A stretch of DNA of 64,000 bases, taken from NCBI RefSeq assembly GCF_001194135.2, contig NC_068991.1, positions 79,171,225 to 79,235,224 of the forward strand, in the 5' to 3' direction. Made by a program: the position numbers and the translations under genes. Positions 1 to 12,779 of the stretch are shown here, piece by piece; positions within the stretch are counted from its first letter, which is position 1; the number at the start of each line of letters is the position of its first letter. Below the pieces are notes generated by a model that saw only the letters and a program-made list of their open reading frames with translations, ran no database searches and was not told the DNA's origin. This DNA comes from Octopus bimaculoides (Eukaryota).

Positions 1-39
1 GAGAAAAACCTCTTGGCAAAGATTGACCTGGAACTCTAC

Positions 40-540
40 TGTGCATGCGCACTAAGTTTAAAAATTCTAGCTCACTTCCGCTATTTACAGCTTTGCTTGG
101 AAGGAAGATATGTAGCGTGTGATCGTCCCATTGACCATAACGGAGACAGTTTTCAGGGAGATACCTGATAAGAGGCCTGCGCAAAGTTGTTGAAAGTGTA
201 TGGAGAGGAGTGTATGAGCCGCACACAAGCATACGAATGGTTCTGACGTCTCCAAGATGGTCGAAAAAATGTCGGTATTGACGAGCGTTCTGGAAGAACG
301 CTACCACCAGCATAACTGAGAAAGATATCGCAGGTGAGTGTGCCTCTGCGAGGGAAAAATCACCGAATCACCATTTGTGAGTTCTCAGAGGATGTGTAGA
401 TTAGTTCAGTTCCGTTCAGTTCAGGCTCACTGATTTGGGTATGAGACTCGTGTCTGCCAAGTTTGTGCCAAAATTGCTTTCAGCTGGGTTTTCAGTTGCA
501 CGAAATCTCTTTGTAAACGATGAAAACATTTTGAAAAATG
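40..540 (+). mobile_element. Decayed mariner-type transposase, 5' region (HTH domain)
   Basis: From 184: KLLKVYGEECMSRTQAYEWF*RLQDGRKNVGIDERSGR; then HRITICEFSEDV* and DLGMRLVSAKFVPKLL in shifted frames. These are typical mariner N-terminal motifs, with stops and frameshifts. Confidence 0.85.
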
Positions 541-926
541 TGCATGGGCCTCTCAGCAGATATCTCCTGTGTCCTTATATTTGGAAGGGGGAGACAAGCA
601 CCCCAACCCAGCTCAGTGTGCATTCAGAGGCATGTTTCTGAGTCATTGCTCGTCATCAGCCTGAAGTAGCAACACTAGCTGGCTGAAAATGTATGTCAAA
701 CCCTCGCAAACAGGAAATGTGTGAAGGCCGACAAGAAGCGGTCCAGCTTCCTAGGGCTAAATAGCGGCAGTATGATTCCCTTATTGGGACTGTCACATTG
801 AGCTGACAGTATACAACTGCTTTATCGTAACACTGCTGCTTCATTCTCTCTGTGAGATTTATAATTAGATCATTTCTAATTTTTTCTTATCTTAATGCAA
901 ATTATTAATGTAATAGGTGAATGGTT

Positions 927-1014
927 GGCGGAGAGCTGACAGAATCATTAGTACAGCGGACGAAATGCTTAGCGGCATTTCTTCCGCCTTTACGTCCTGA
1001 GTTCAAATACTACC
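927..1014 (+). mobile_element. tRNA-derived SINE family A, 5' fragment
   Basis: GGCGGAGAGCTGACAGAATC...GAAATGCTTAGCGGCATTTC...GAGTTCAAAT matches the head of the full copy at 22532-22766. Confidence 0.75.
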
Positions 1015-2237
1015 GGTGGTTAAGAATAAATTCTAGAAATTCTTATTCCAGCACAATATAATGTACATCATATTTAATTCAGTTATTTGATTTTCCACAT
1101 TATTTCTCGTTCAAAACTCGTCAAGTGTAAATATTATTAGAAGTTTATGGTAAGGAGATGTGGCGGTTTCACTTCAGTCACATTGGCGTATATGATGCTT
1201 TCTAATAATGTAATGACAGGAATCAGTAATATCGCTTAAGAAATACCTACATTACTTAAGACAGAAGTGGTCTTTAAATTCAATAAAACTAATGATATAA
1301 TTACTAATGCCATATAAGCTCTTACACAAATGAGTTACAATGATTCTTCATATAGGCACAATTTTATATATTTGGCACAATGCTTTATTGTTTGGGCTGA
1401 TGGTAAATAAGATTAAAACTGGCCAAAGTATGTGGTTGCAAATTGTTTTCTTGACTGTAGTAGCTGGTACATGTAATAAGAAACTGAGCTTTTTGTTTTA
1501 TACTCCAGAATGTAAATTTTGCTGAAAATCGTATGGCAGTTTTCAGTGACTTTGGAGAATCTACTAACCTACAATTCATCGATCACGGATCAGCTATGCT
1601 GTAAGCTATCCTTGTAAACAACGGGATGACATGAAAATAATTTCGCGACAAAAGTATTAGGGCAACTATGAGGTATATCGTTATAAAGTGGGCGATGATA
1701 CACAATTCCTGTGAATTGATAACGAATTTTTAAATGAATATACTTCTTCAAATTGTATTAGATTGAATACAGACGCTCTTAATATAAACATGCTACAGTT
1801 CTTTATCGGGATATTGGAAAACGCTGCATTCTGCAACATATCCAGAATTACAATACCTAAAAAGTAAAACCGACGTGATTGAAGAACAAAGCAAAACGTG
1901 GAAACCATTATTTGTAATAGAGCAGCTGACAAGGTTGTGCTGGGACGATTTCAGTGAAGAAATTGTTGTGATTTCGGGTTGTCCTATTGTTTAATATAAG
2001 ACGAGGACTAGGTATTTCGTTTCTGTTGCTGTTTTATTCTCTATTACTTTCTATTATGGTGTTTGTATTTAATTGGCCCTCGAAAAAATGTTTTAATTGC
2101 TTAATCGAAAAAGAACGCCAGGAAATTAATGGCTTTATAATTATTGGTTTATACATTAGCTTCGGAATGCAGTGTGGCAGGTTTGTGGCATTTATACACA
2201 CACGCGCGCATGTACGCACATGTGTATGTAATACTTG

Positions 2238-2281
<44 letters not shown>

Positions 2282-2287
2282 CGGAGG

Positions 2288-2458
2288 CAGTATTTCGTTT
2301 ATCTTTACGTTCTGAGTTCAAATGCCGCCGAAGTCGACTTTGCCTTTTATCCTTTCGGGTTCGATAAATTAAGTACCAGTTGCGTACTAGGGCCGATCTA
2401 ATCGAATGGACCCCTGTACGAAATATTTCAGGCCTTGTGCCTAGAGTAGAAAAGAATA
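2288..2458 (+). mobile_element. SINE family A, 5'-truncated copy
   Basis: TTCTGAGTTCAAATGCCGCCGAAGTCGACTTTGCCTTTTATCCTTTCGGGTTCGATAAATTAAGTACCAG core shared with the other copies. Confidence 0.85.
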
Positions 2459-2795
2459 TATATGAAACGGAGTTTTCGGATTCTCCAAGTATGGACATCG
2501 TTGATGAGTAAACATATACGCGTGTATATGCATGTATATGCGTATGTGTGTATGTCTGTTTATGTATATATATATATATGTACATGAGTATGTTGAAAAT
2601 CTATGATAAACAGCGGGAAGTTCATGTTAACATATCGCTTTTTAAAGTGTGCTCTAAGTATAACGTGGTTAAAATAACCACCATGTATTGTGAATATCTA
2701 TGTACAGATGTCACTGTATGTATCACGTATCTGCCTTCCAGCCAAAACCAATACACACATGCACACACATTTATATACATATATATATATATTCA

Positions 2796-2842
<47 letters not shown>

Positions 2843-3642
2843 GTACACATATATTATATATGCATATATACATACAGACACATTAGTTATAAAAGTTTCG
2901 TGTTTTCAAAATATACATATCTATTTTTGGAGAACTTCATGTACGTTTCTCTGCATACATACACAGATGCTAAATTACACACAGACACACACACAGAGTA
3001 ACACACACACATGGGCAGACATACATCTTTTTGATTTTATCTCTTTTAAAGATTAACAGAATATTTTCCCGCAGCTATATGTATATTTTTTTTATTGATT
3101 TTACTTATTTCTAGGTCTTTCCGTATCTGTCTTTGCAGGAATCAAGCCTATCTTCTTTTGGGGGGTGGCAGAGAGTGGAGAATGAAGACGGGGTATTTTC
3201 TAATTAACAAAGCGCAAAAATAAAACACTTTCAAAATTTAGAATTAACTTATCTATTTTTCAGCATGCCATTGTAAATATTAATGCTGCTATTGCACTGC
3301 TTGTGGGAGACTTTCATCGATTTTTACCTGGTTATATTTTAACATTCATCACTAGCAAAATATTCTTGCAAAACTAGGAAAATGTATTGTATGAAATGAG
3401 TAAAACTGAAAGAAAAAAAAAAGTTATTTTACCCCAAGTCAGAAAATATGCTATTATAGATATGATCAATATTTTCAATAATTTGATTCTAAGCTCTCTC
3501 TCTCTCTACACACACACACATACTTAAAACATATATATGCACACCTATACACCTATATCTGTGAGTATACTCGTCTATGTCTGCGTGTGTATGCACACAT
3601 TGCCTTAAGACCGAGTTATTTAGTTTCCACTTATATAACAAC

Positions 3643-3724
<82 letters not shown>

Positions 3725-3935
3725 GTGTGTGCTAAATACATTAGTTTTGACGAGTTGGATGGAATGTACACAATATATGGTTTAGTTTCTCAAAGAATAA
3801 TTTAATCTTTCCCACAATCATTTTCAGATGTTACTTTGTTTCCCGCGGAGGCGATCTATCAAATGGACATCACCTGGATATGGAAGAAAAATATATGCTT
3901 TCCGCTTAAATAGCGCCGGGGCCTCACTACCATAG

Positions 3936-4680
3936 TTAAACAGGGACGCAACCAAGCACTAACCCATTTTCTAATCGACTTGATGTTGGAAGTCCATGTT
4001 GAACATACGATGTAGTCTATTTGGGTTAGATTTCTTTGTAAATCCTGTCTTTTATTCGTTCGTTTGTTCTTTCATTCTTTCAAATTTAGCTTTGTAAGAG
4101 TGGAGGCTCCTGAATCATTTGAAAGCTCGCTGAAATGGGTCCATTGATGTCCCTGTTTAAAGCGTTGCACTATATTTTTGATGGTAGTGGCGTTGATATT
4201 CTGGAGTTTATGAAATGGGTCTATTAGCAGGGCTTGGATGGTTGGACACAACGTGAGTAATGGAAAGAGGTCAGACAAGTGAGTGAGAGGTGGCTGAATG
4301 GAAGTGGTACGAGAAGAGTAGAGGCCACCTCAGTATCGATAAAATAAGCCTGGTGTATGAGGCGGCATATATTCGGACCACAGAATGGATAACGTTTTTG
4401 AACGTCAATGGACCCATTTCAGCGAGCTTCCATATGATACAGAAGCCTCCACTCTTACAACGCTAAATTTGAAAGAATGAAAGAAAGAAATAAGGATAAA
4501 AGAGAGGATTTACAAAGAAATCTAATCCAAATAGACTACATCATACGTTCAACGTTGACTTCCAATATGAAGTCGATTAGAAAATAGGTTAGTTTTTGGT
4601 TACGTCCCTGTTTAAAGTGTTGATTGTTGATGGTGGCGGTGCTGATATTCTGGAATTTATGAAATAGGTCTATTAGAAGG
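3936..4680. repeat. Long inverted repeat (3936-4150 vs 4402-4615) plus direct repeat (4149-4230 vs 4604-4680)
   Basis: Arms align by eye over about 214 bp at high identity. GTCCCTGTTTAAAG...GATATTCTGGA.TTTATGAAAT.GGTCTATTAG.AGGG occurs twice in direct orientation. Confidence 0.9.
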
Positions 4681-5992
4681 GAATGTATCAGAGGTGGTGG
4701 CCTCTGTTCGAAGTGACAAGTTCTATTTTTGTGAATGGCATGTTTGTGCGTAGAAGAGGATAATTTGGGAAGGGACTAAACTCGAGTATATAATGTGTAC
4801 CGTACGGAGTTGAATCGGATGAAAAGCGGACAGATTATATAATGGATGCCTCTGCGTGTGTAATGTTCACACAAACCCTCACTACCGAGAAATAAAGGAA
4901 AAATTTAGTGTAAGAAATTTGGAAATGGAACCAATGAGATCGATTACAATTAGGGAACAGGGAGAGTTCGACGACAATGCATTAGACAAAGGTATGCTTC
5001 TCAGTTCGGATGGCGTTCGTGTAAGAGTTGTTAAAAGAACTCAATTCGGTGATTTAGGGTAAAGTGTTAATGTTTTGTATAGAATGTACAAAATGCACCA
5101 AAAATCATGATATGAGAGCGGTTGAGTTCGAAAGGTAGAAAGAGATCATGAACGCCACCTAGTACACACATTACATTTGTTTTTTTTTTTTTAGAGAAAC
5201 GACTGTCCCTAGTTTCTCGTGACTGTCCATAATCTCGTATATCATGATGTCCCAGGTATAGGTTGTAAATTCAGAGAGTCCAGTGGCTAACATTCACTGC
5301 AGAGGAATATGCTTGGTAGCTTGAGTAAGAAGCATAAGTTTCTCAGTTCCGCAGAGCTCGCAGTAAATGGTGAAAGGACTACATGACTCTGCTTTACGAG
5401 GTTACTCCATTGCATCTCCTCAGTCTTAAAATCCACAAAGATTTGGAAAGAATTTTTTGCTTTGAGATCTTTGACCACGATGTAAATATCGAGCTCTTAA
5501 CGAATTCTTAACGGGTTAAATGTTCTAAAATTTTTAGGTTAGCGTCTAACGATACTGAATATTCTTTAGAATAAAAGAAATAATTCAGAACATTGATATG
5601 TCCTTTACAGGAAGCCTTTCCTGTGCAGGGGGTTCTGAGTTTTGTTTCTAACATTACTTTAGGGATAGGTTGAGTGCTTCGAGACTTGCAGTCTTTGAAC
5701 TGCTTATGCGCATATTTCCCTATTGAAATGACGATTGAAAATAATACCTCTCTCTCTGTGTAATATATGTATGTTTCTGTCAACATAAATATACATATAC
5801 CAAACAAATGAATAAATAATGGTAAAAAATGCGAACAAAAAAGAAAACATCTATTCATATCTTTCGGCGTTTGAAAGTTATTTTTTAAGATATACATTCT
5901 GTCGTTCACCCCTTTCTTTTATTCCCATCTCTCTCTTTACGGATATATATCAAATATCATTGAAAGTGTATGTGTATGTACATATATATATA

Positions 5993-6742
5993 NNNNNNNN
6001 NNNNNNNNNNNNNNNNNNNNNNNNNNNNNNNNNNNNNNNNNNNNNNNNNNNNNNNNNNNNNNNNNNNNNNNNNNNNNNNNNNNNNNNNNNNNNNNNNNNN
6101 NNNNNNNNNNNNNNNNNNNNNNNNNNNNNNNNNNNNNNNNNNNNNNNNNNNNNNNNNNNNNNNNNNNNNNNNNNNNNNNNNNNNNNNNNNNNNNNNNNNN
6201 NNNNNNNNNNNNNNNNNNNNNNNNNNNNNNNNNNNNNNNNNNNNNNNNNNNNNNNNNNNNNNNNNNNNNNNNNNNNNNNNNNNNNNNNNNNNNNNNNNNN
6301 NNNNNNNNNNNNNNNNNNNNNNNNNNNNNNNNNNNNNNNNNNNNNNNNNNNNNNNNNNNNNNNNNNNNNNNNNNNNNNNNNNNNNNNNNNNNNNNNNNNN
6401 NNNNNNNNNNNNNNNNNNNNNNNNNNNNNNNNNNNNNNNNNNNNNNNNNNNNNNNNNNNNNNNNNNNNNNNNNNNNNNNNNNNNNNNNNNNNNNNNNNNN
6501 NNNNNNNNNNNNNNNNNNNNNNNNNNNNNNNNNNNNNNNNNNNNNNNNNNNNNNNNNNNNNNNNNNNNNNNNNNNNNNNNNNNNNNNNNNNNNNNNNNNN
6601 NNNNNNNNNNNNNNNNNNNNNNNNNNNNNNNNNNNNNNNNNNNNNNNNNNNNNNNNNNNNNNNNNNNNNNNNNNNNNNNNNNNNNNNNNNNNNNNNNNNN
6701 NNNNNNNNNNNNNNNNNNNNNNNNNNNNNNNNNNNNNNNNNN
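5993..6742. other. Assembly gap (750 N)
   Basis: N run flanked by (TA)n. Confidence 1.
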
Positions 6743-6777
<35 letters not shown>

Positions 6778-7095
6778 ATATCATTGAAAGCGAAGAGGCG
6801 AACACGAACGCAAAAGCAAGCCAGAAGAGATTGAGGCACCACAAAAAGAAGTACCATGAATTCACATGGCTTGTCAAAAAGGTATTAAGAGAGGTGAGGA
6901 GAGAGGAAACATTCACTGATATAGACAACATAAATATTGCTATCACACATTTCTCCAAGGCGAGAAAATAGAATAACTCGAAGTGGACAATTCATAAATC
7001 CATTTGGTGGTCGTTATAGACACATACACCCACACCAACACACGTGCATTTGTATATAATTATGCAACAAATTTTATATACGAATTATATATATG

Positions 7096-7300
7096 TTACT
7101 TCTTTCAGTCTTGACGAGTTTAGGCGAACAAACAGACCCTTCGACAAATTTTCTTTCAAGGCACGTATTTCCTCAATCGCTCTCTTTTGCCGTCGTAAGC
7201 AAACTAACTCCGGTTGTTAAGCACTGTTATGGGGATTAAACACAACATAAACTTAGGTACACACATAGATATGTAAATAAAGAAATACAATATATATATA
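7096..7300 (-). mobile_element. SINE family B (CA-microsatellite-containing), degenerate 3' part
   Basis: TTACTTCTTTCAGTC...CTCTTTTGCCG...CCGGTTGTTAAGC...GGGGATTAAACAC resembles the reverse complement of the 3' half of the copy at 15141-15537. Confidence 0.55.
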
Positions 7301-7520
7301 TATATATATATATACGAATATGTATTATATTTACATACATATAGAGACTCAAATACACACGTAGGTCTTAAGTTTAACTGTCCAGGGGAACATGGCGAAG
7401 GTACTTTGAATAAAATGACCCACCTTTTACTGGTGATAGTGAACGTAACTTTTATAACATTTCTACGTTCATGAATTTGTTTTGCAAGGTTCCTGATGTG
7501 AAATAAGGAGTTGAAAAAGA

Positions 7521-7718
7521 TATTTCGGGACGGTCATTTTTTCTTGCCAAATAAACACACGCACTATATATTTGTTCTTCAATCGTTTATAGGTAGTCTT
7601 ATTTTGTCTTATGACCATTGTCTAGAAATCTTTGATAAAATAAGAACAACTATAAACGAGCGAAGAACGAATATCTAGTGCGTGTTTATTTGGCAAGAAA
7701 AAGGACCATCCCGATATA
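7521..7718. mobile_element. Foldback MITE (near-perfect palindrome, ~85 bp arms)
   Basis: TTTCGGGACGGTCATTTTTTCTTGCCAAATAAACACACGCAC... pairs with ...GTGCGTGTTTATTTGGCAAGAAAAAGGACCATCCCGATA; TA at both ends. Confidence 0.8.
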
Positions 7719-8489
7719 CAGCGATATTTTAAAGCCTTTATCCCACCTAAGTGGTATTTTGTCTCATTGAGCATGTATATAACACGTTTATGCGCTTACT
7801 AGGCTCAATTACAAACTACTCTCACAATTCTAAAAGTAAGACTATTGCAATACGTTTATCCTCAAACAAGTAACCGAGTGCTTCCGTTTCTCCTTCACAA
7901 CTGACATATTTATTTCTATGAATATCATTTAATAAATATAAAGAAAATATACACATGGCTCATTCTGAACATATTTTTGTTTTCTACATATATACCATAA
8001 TTTCGTTTTTTCACGGAACATATTTCTTTAAATAAACTTGGGTCTTAAGAAGTCTAAAGCCTATTCACATCCATTGTTCGATAGCACGCCATTGGATTAT
8101 TATTGATCAATGCACGATGCTTGTTAAAATTTCCATTAACACTTTGAATGTATCATATATTATTTTACTTGATGATCTGACTACATACACAAAAGAAATT
8201 GTTGAAACCATTATACAAACATACATACATACATACATACATATTGGGTGATGTAAATTATTTGTGAACTAATGAGCGCGAGAGCTCGGCTAGCTTTGTT
8301 CCGGTAATTTTCTTATCTACTTCTTTCCAAAATATGTTGACAGATTATATACCATCGATCAATGAGGAGCAGAAAACTTGCAGCCCGATTATGTGAAATC
8401 CCCATGAAGGTTTATTATTAATAACATTATAATAACTACATATGCATACATAAATGTACACATAAACACCCACACGCACCATGCACATA

Positions 8490-8720
8490 TAGGAGTAGGC
8501 GTGTGTCTGCTGTCAGAACTTTGCATCCTAACCATATGGTTCTGGATCCAGTCCAACCACGTGGCACCTTGGGTGAGAGCCTTCTACTATGCCGCCTGAC
8601 GACCAACCAAAGCTGTGTCGGTTCTCTTACTTCCCCTTAAGTTAGAGGTATAGCAAAAGGTAATGCTAGAATAGACACCTGACTAATAAAAATGTTCTGG
8701 AGTTCATCTTTACCTAAGCA
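8490..8720 (+). mobile_element. SINE family B, degenerate copy
   Basis: AACCATATGGTTCTGGATCCAGTCCAACCACGTGGCACCTTGGG...CTTCTACTAT resembles the head of the 15141-15537 copy. Confidence 0.5.
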
Positions 8721-8849
8721 GTTTTTCAAATTCTAAGCTCTAACTCTTCCCGCTCCATCATAAATATTAACCCATCCTGGGTATATATTCCATAGAAATC
8801 TCATACTCTACAGCACCAAACTTGGAATCTATAACTGCCTCTTCCGATT

Positions 8850-9990
8850 GGCGCAAACTAAGTCATCTTATTGTGGGCCCTACCAACAGCTCATGTGGTC
8901 CCCACATGAGTGGTTTGTAGGACCGCATTAAGTTTGCACCGATTTATATCTATAACAGCTAGATACAAATGCTATGAACTTTGGGAATCTTACCCACTAC
9001 AATAATAGCGACGTTCATTGCATAGCTCCTTGTACTTGTTACTACGTGGAAGCCCACTACCAGCCCCATGGTAACTTTCTGGTAGTAACGATAATACTTC
9101 TGGTCGCGCATCAGCATAGAATAGGGACACATTGTAAGCCCAGCGCTAGTGCGAGAGACTATAATTGTCGGATGTTCAAACTACGTTCATTAAATGGATT
9201 TTGTTTACGCTATAGCTTCGCATGAAAATGCGGAGTAATAACCATATTTTCTTACCATGCTAACGTCTAAATTGGCAGCACAGCTGACTTGAAGTAATGC
9301 TACTGGGTTCACGTGAATTCATTCTCAGTAGGACGAAACTAACTCGCTACATATATACACCACTTCAAGTCATAAGACATTCCTTATACCGTCTTCCGGT
9401 ATGTATGTTTGTGGGGCTCCCTGTACAACACTGACCATCCTGTTTATAAGTTATGTTACAGGGAATCTCGTGCTATTCTTCACTATTATAATATCACGTT
9501 ACTCAATGGGTTCTCTGACGTAATCTTCCCGTGTAAGCAAAAATTTTCTTCCACATTCAATCATAATGTAAAGTCTTTATAATTTCTTCTAATTGTGGAT
9601 GATGCTCTTTACTTATTATTTAGTTTTGTTAGCACCATTTTCTTTTTTTCCCTTTCTCCTTGCGACGTATACTCATTTCAACAGAGTTTTTCCTCTTCTA
9701 ACCTTTCCTTCATAACTTGGGTTTTCCTGTCTCTCTGTGTCTAATCAGCTGCAATTCTAACTAATTTAGTCTGCTTAGAAAGATTTCCTTGACTCCCAGT
9801 GAAATCTGCCTTCACTAGACAGACTTTATTTTTATGAAATTTAACTTTACCGTCTCTCTATGTTTCTTTTATTCTATCTTTGTTCCTACCTCTTCCTGCC
9901 TTTCGTTTTTGTTCAACCTTCTCTCTTCTATTTACCGCTTATATCTCTTAACATTTCCTTATGAACCTCTTTTACCAATCTTTCCTTGAT
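8850..9990 (-). mobile_element. Possible very old L1/Tx1-like LINE ORF2 relic
   Basis: Minus strand gives TRSYAMNVAIIV (compare SAYADDVTIIV) followed by DINRCK (compare AKINREKS); purine-rich, coding-like minus strand at 9640-9990. Weak. Confidence 0.3.
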
Positions 9991-11372
9991 GTGGGGAGCC
10001 AGGAGACAAAATTACTGTAATATCTCCATGTAACTGGTAACCGGTTACACAGCCATAACTTTCTTGCATATTTCATTTGCAAATTATTATTATGAACTCT
10101 GAGCTTCTACAGACAGCTGTCGAGTTAGTAAATTAAATACTTCATATATTCTTCGTTATTTTTGTGCACGCCAAGTACATATGTGATGTATATATACACA
10201 TATATACATACATATACACAAACACACACATGTATACATACATATATATACACCTATTTGTCCGTGAATATATATATATATATATATTAATATTTACACA
10301 TGTGTGTGTGTGTGTATGTGTGCATACGTATGAATATATATATGTCTGAAACCTATTAGCTTCTAGTGTGTTTGTGTGTCTTTGTTGATATATTTACAAT
10401 GTCATTAAATCATATCTTGGTAGAAATAAATATAGGGAGACAAGGCATTTTAGACGAACGGAAATTAGGAAGAACTTTCATATAATTGGGCCATAAGTGT
10501 TCTGCTATGAATGAATCGATATAGTTTTAGACTTAACCTATTTCACAAAAAGTAGACAAGGAAATTACCAAAACAAATTTAGCCAGCTTCTCTCATTTAC
10601 TAATATGCATATTGATAGAGAAAAAGGAACATGAACAACTCCGGCTTGAGTACATTCACCTCATCCTTCTTTAAAAAAAAACACACACACACACACACAA
10701 ATATATATTTATATATATCTTGTTTTCAAAGAGATCTCTTGCTAGGTTTAGTCTAATGATCATGCAAAAGAATATACAATACTTTTAAAGCTGCCAATAA
10801 AATTCATCCTTTAGACTTCTTAAGATGTAATTCTATTTAGAGAAATATTTTCCATTAAGGAACTATAGCTACGACTGAAAACAACAAAGAACGTCTGTTT
10901 GGAATCAGCCGTCTATATCATGGTTTTGCTTTTTACGAAATTGGCTCGACATTCTTAAAAGGAAATATGTCAGCTATGAAGGAAAAACGTAGACACTTAG
11001 TTACTCTGTTCAGTGCATAAACATTGCAATATGCATTACATGACCGTGCGTGTATCAACTCATTCAGCGAACCAGTCACACATACATACGTACATACATA
11101 CATACATACGAATACGTTTTTATTTATTTGTAAGACAGTAAACACACACGCAAGCAAGCACAATAAATGTCATAATTAAGGGATAAAATTCCTATCTCAA
11201 CACTCCTCTTCTGCTGTCGTGGATCGCATAATACAATCATAAAATTACGAACACTAGTTTCACTAAGTTTTCTGTCATTAGTCTTATTTAACATATTGAT
11301 GATGTGCAGAATAAGAAACAAAAGAAGAGGCAGGGTACACAGAGGAGGAAAAGAAGTATTTGACAAGAGCGT

Positions 11373-11767
11373 CGTTAGCACTCCGTCGCTTACGACGACG
11401 AGGGGGGTTCCAGTTGATCCGATCAACGGAACAGCCTGCTCGTGAAATTAACGTGCAAGTGGCTGGGCACTCCCCACACACGTGTACCCTTAACGTAGTT
11501 CTCGGGGATATTCAGCGTGACACAGCGTGACACAGCGTGACAAGGCTGGCCCTTTGAATTACAGGTACGACAGAAATAGGAAGTAAGAGTGAGAGAAAGT
11601 TGTGGTGAAAGAGTACAGCAGGGCTCGCCACCATCCCCCTGCCGGAGCCTATGGAGCTTTAGGTGTTTTCACTCAATAAACACTCACAACGCCCGGTCTG
11701 GGAATCGAAACCACGATCCTATGACCGCGAGTCTGCTACCCTAACCACTGGGCCATTTCACCTCCAC
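11373..11767 (-). mobile_element. Full-length tRNA-derived SINE family C with 10-bp TSD
   Basis: Minus strand: A box TGGCCCAGTGG, B box GGTTTCGATTCC, ending in ...CCCTCGTCGTCGTAAGCGACGGAGTGC. TSD ACAAGAGCGT at 11363-11372 and 11768-11777. Internal triplication of CAGCGTGACA. Confidence 0.9.
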
Positions 11768-11799
11768 ACAAGAGCGTACGGCTGTCTCTAAAAGAAGAC

Positions 11800-12120
11800 A
11801 TCTGGTCATAACAGCAAATCTAGACGTTAAAATCAACTACGCGATTATTAAAGAGTTAAATGAGGTTGGCCCATTCAAGGAAGAGTGCTTGATCGAATGT
11901 GCGGCACAGAAAACGAGGTCATGAAAAAGAATTCCGGAAAGTGTCAATAAGGAGTTGGTATTTCGCACTAAAAATAAAACTGACCGCAGCCAATAATGTT
12001 TTGAAGCTATTACAACCCTATCAATCCTACAGTGAATGGAGTAACGAGGAAGGGAGGCTGCAATCCATGAAACAAAGGAAACAGCAAGTCCTATTCACAT
12101 GTCAAAACCTGAATTCTTTC
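11800..12120 (+). mobile_element. Degenerate R4/Dong-like non-LTR retrotransposon fragment (post-RT region)
   Basis: LDVKINYAIIKELNEVGPFK and KEFRKVSIRSW...SYSEWSNEEGRLQSMKQRKQ loosely parallel the same region of the 13700-15110 copy. Confidence 0.4.
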
Positions 12121-12779
12121 TGGTAAAATAAACATTTACTGGAAAGCAATGTATTTGCCGAAAGAAATCATAAAAGGATACAGCAATCGTTTATAGGATT
12201 GCAACGATCAATAATGAACAAAAAAAAAATACAAATGACGGGAATTATGAAATGAAGGATCTGGGCACGACATGAATAATTATCAGAAAATGTTTTACAG
12301 TGTTCCTCACAAATGTTTCTGAAATCTTCAGCTATGTCTGAAACTGTAATAGTAACCGGACACATTAAATCTGTAAGCAAATAGCTATATATTCTGCAGA
12401 GAAATACAAAACTTTTGCGTTAGACAAGCAATATTCGTGAGAGATACCATTTCTCCAATCTATTTTTCTGTTCAGTGCACACAATGTTAACCAGCAGTAT
12501 AATAAAAAAGGAAACATGATTGGATTCGAATCCAAACCCCGTGGGGATAAAGAAACATCATTTATCTATCAGGAGGACCTCAATTTCTGAGCTGTAGTTG
12601 ATAAAGAGATATAAACACTGCTGCCACATAAGTTTTTGACATGCATTTCATAGGAGCATCGAGTTAGAAAAACGCTTCAGTATAACCCTGAAAATGATAA
12701 AATTGATTAACTATATTGATATCATGTTAAATACACTTCCATTTAAGCGGATTAGATCGATCATATGCCACATACCGGT

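Noticed and set aside
3262-3340. Frame HAIVNINAAIALLVGDFHRFLPG resembling the PIF1/Helitron helicase motif LLxGDFRQxLP
   Set aside because: A single short motif with no other helicase motif nearby; likely chance.
2034-3805. ORFs rich in IY/YI/HT/CV repeats (also at 19.0-19.9, 30.8, 32.2-33.9, 53.4, 56.9-57.4 and 61.6 kb)
   Set aside because: Translations of (TA)n, (CA)n and (GA)n microsatellites, which lack stop codons in some frames.
4072-4278. 68-aa minus-strand ORF crossing the inversion junction
   Set aside because: Lies wholly within rearranged repeat sequence; no recognisable domain.
5500-5520. AACGGGTTAA resembling a piggyBac-type right end
   Set aside because: No matching left end found.
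5819-6971. Long 200-400 aa ORFs spanning N runs (also 15972-16442, 42529-43193, 54576-55810)
   Set aside because: Their length comes from X residues translated from assembly gaps.
11690-11767. tRNA-like A/B boxes here and at 43830-43897
   Set aside because: They continue directly into SINE bodies (with a TSD at 11.4-11.8 kb), so they are SINE heads, not tRNA genes.
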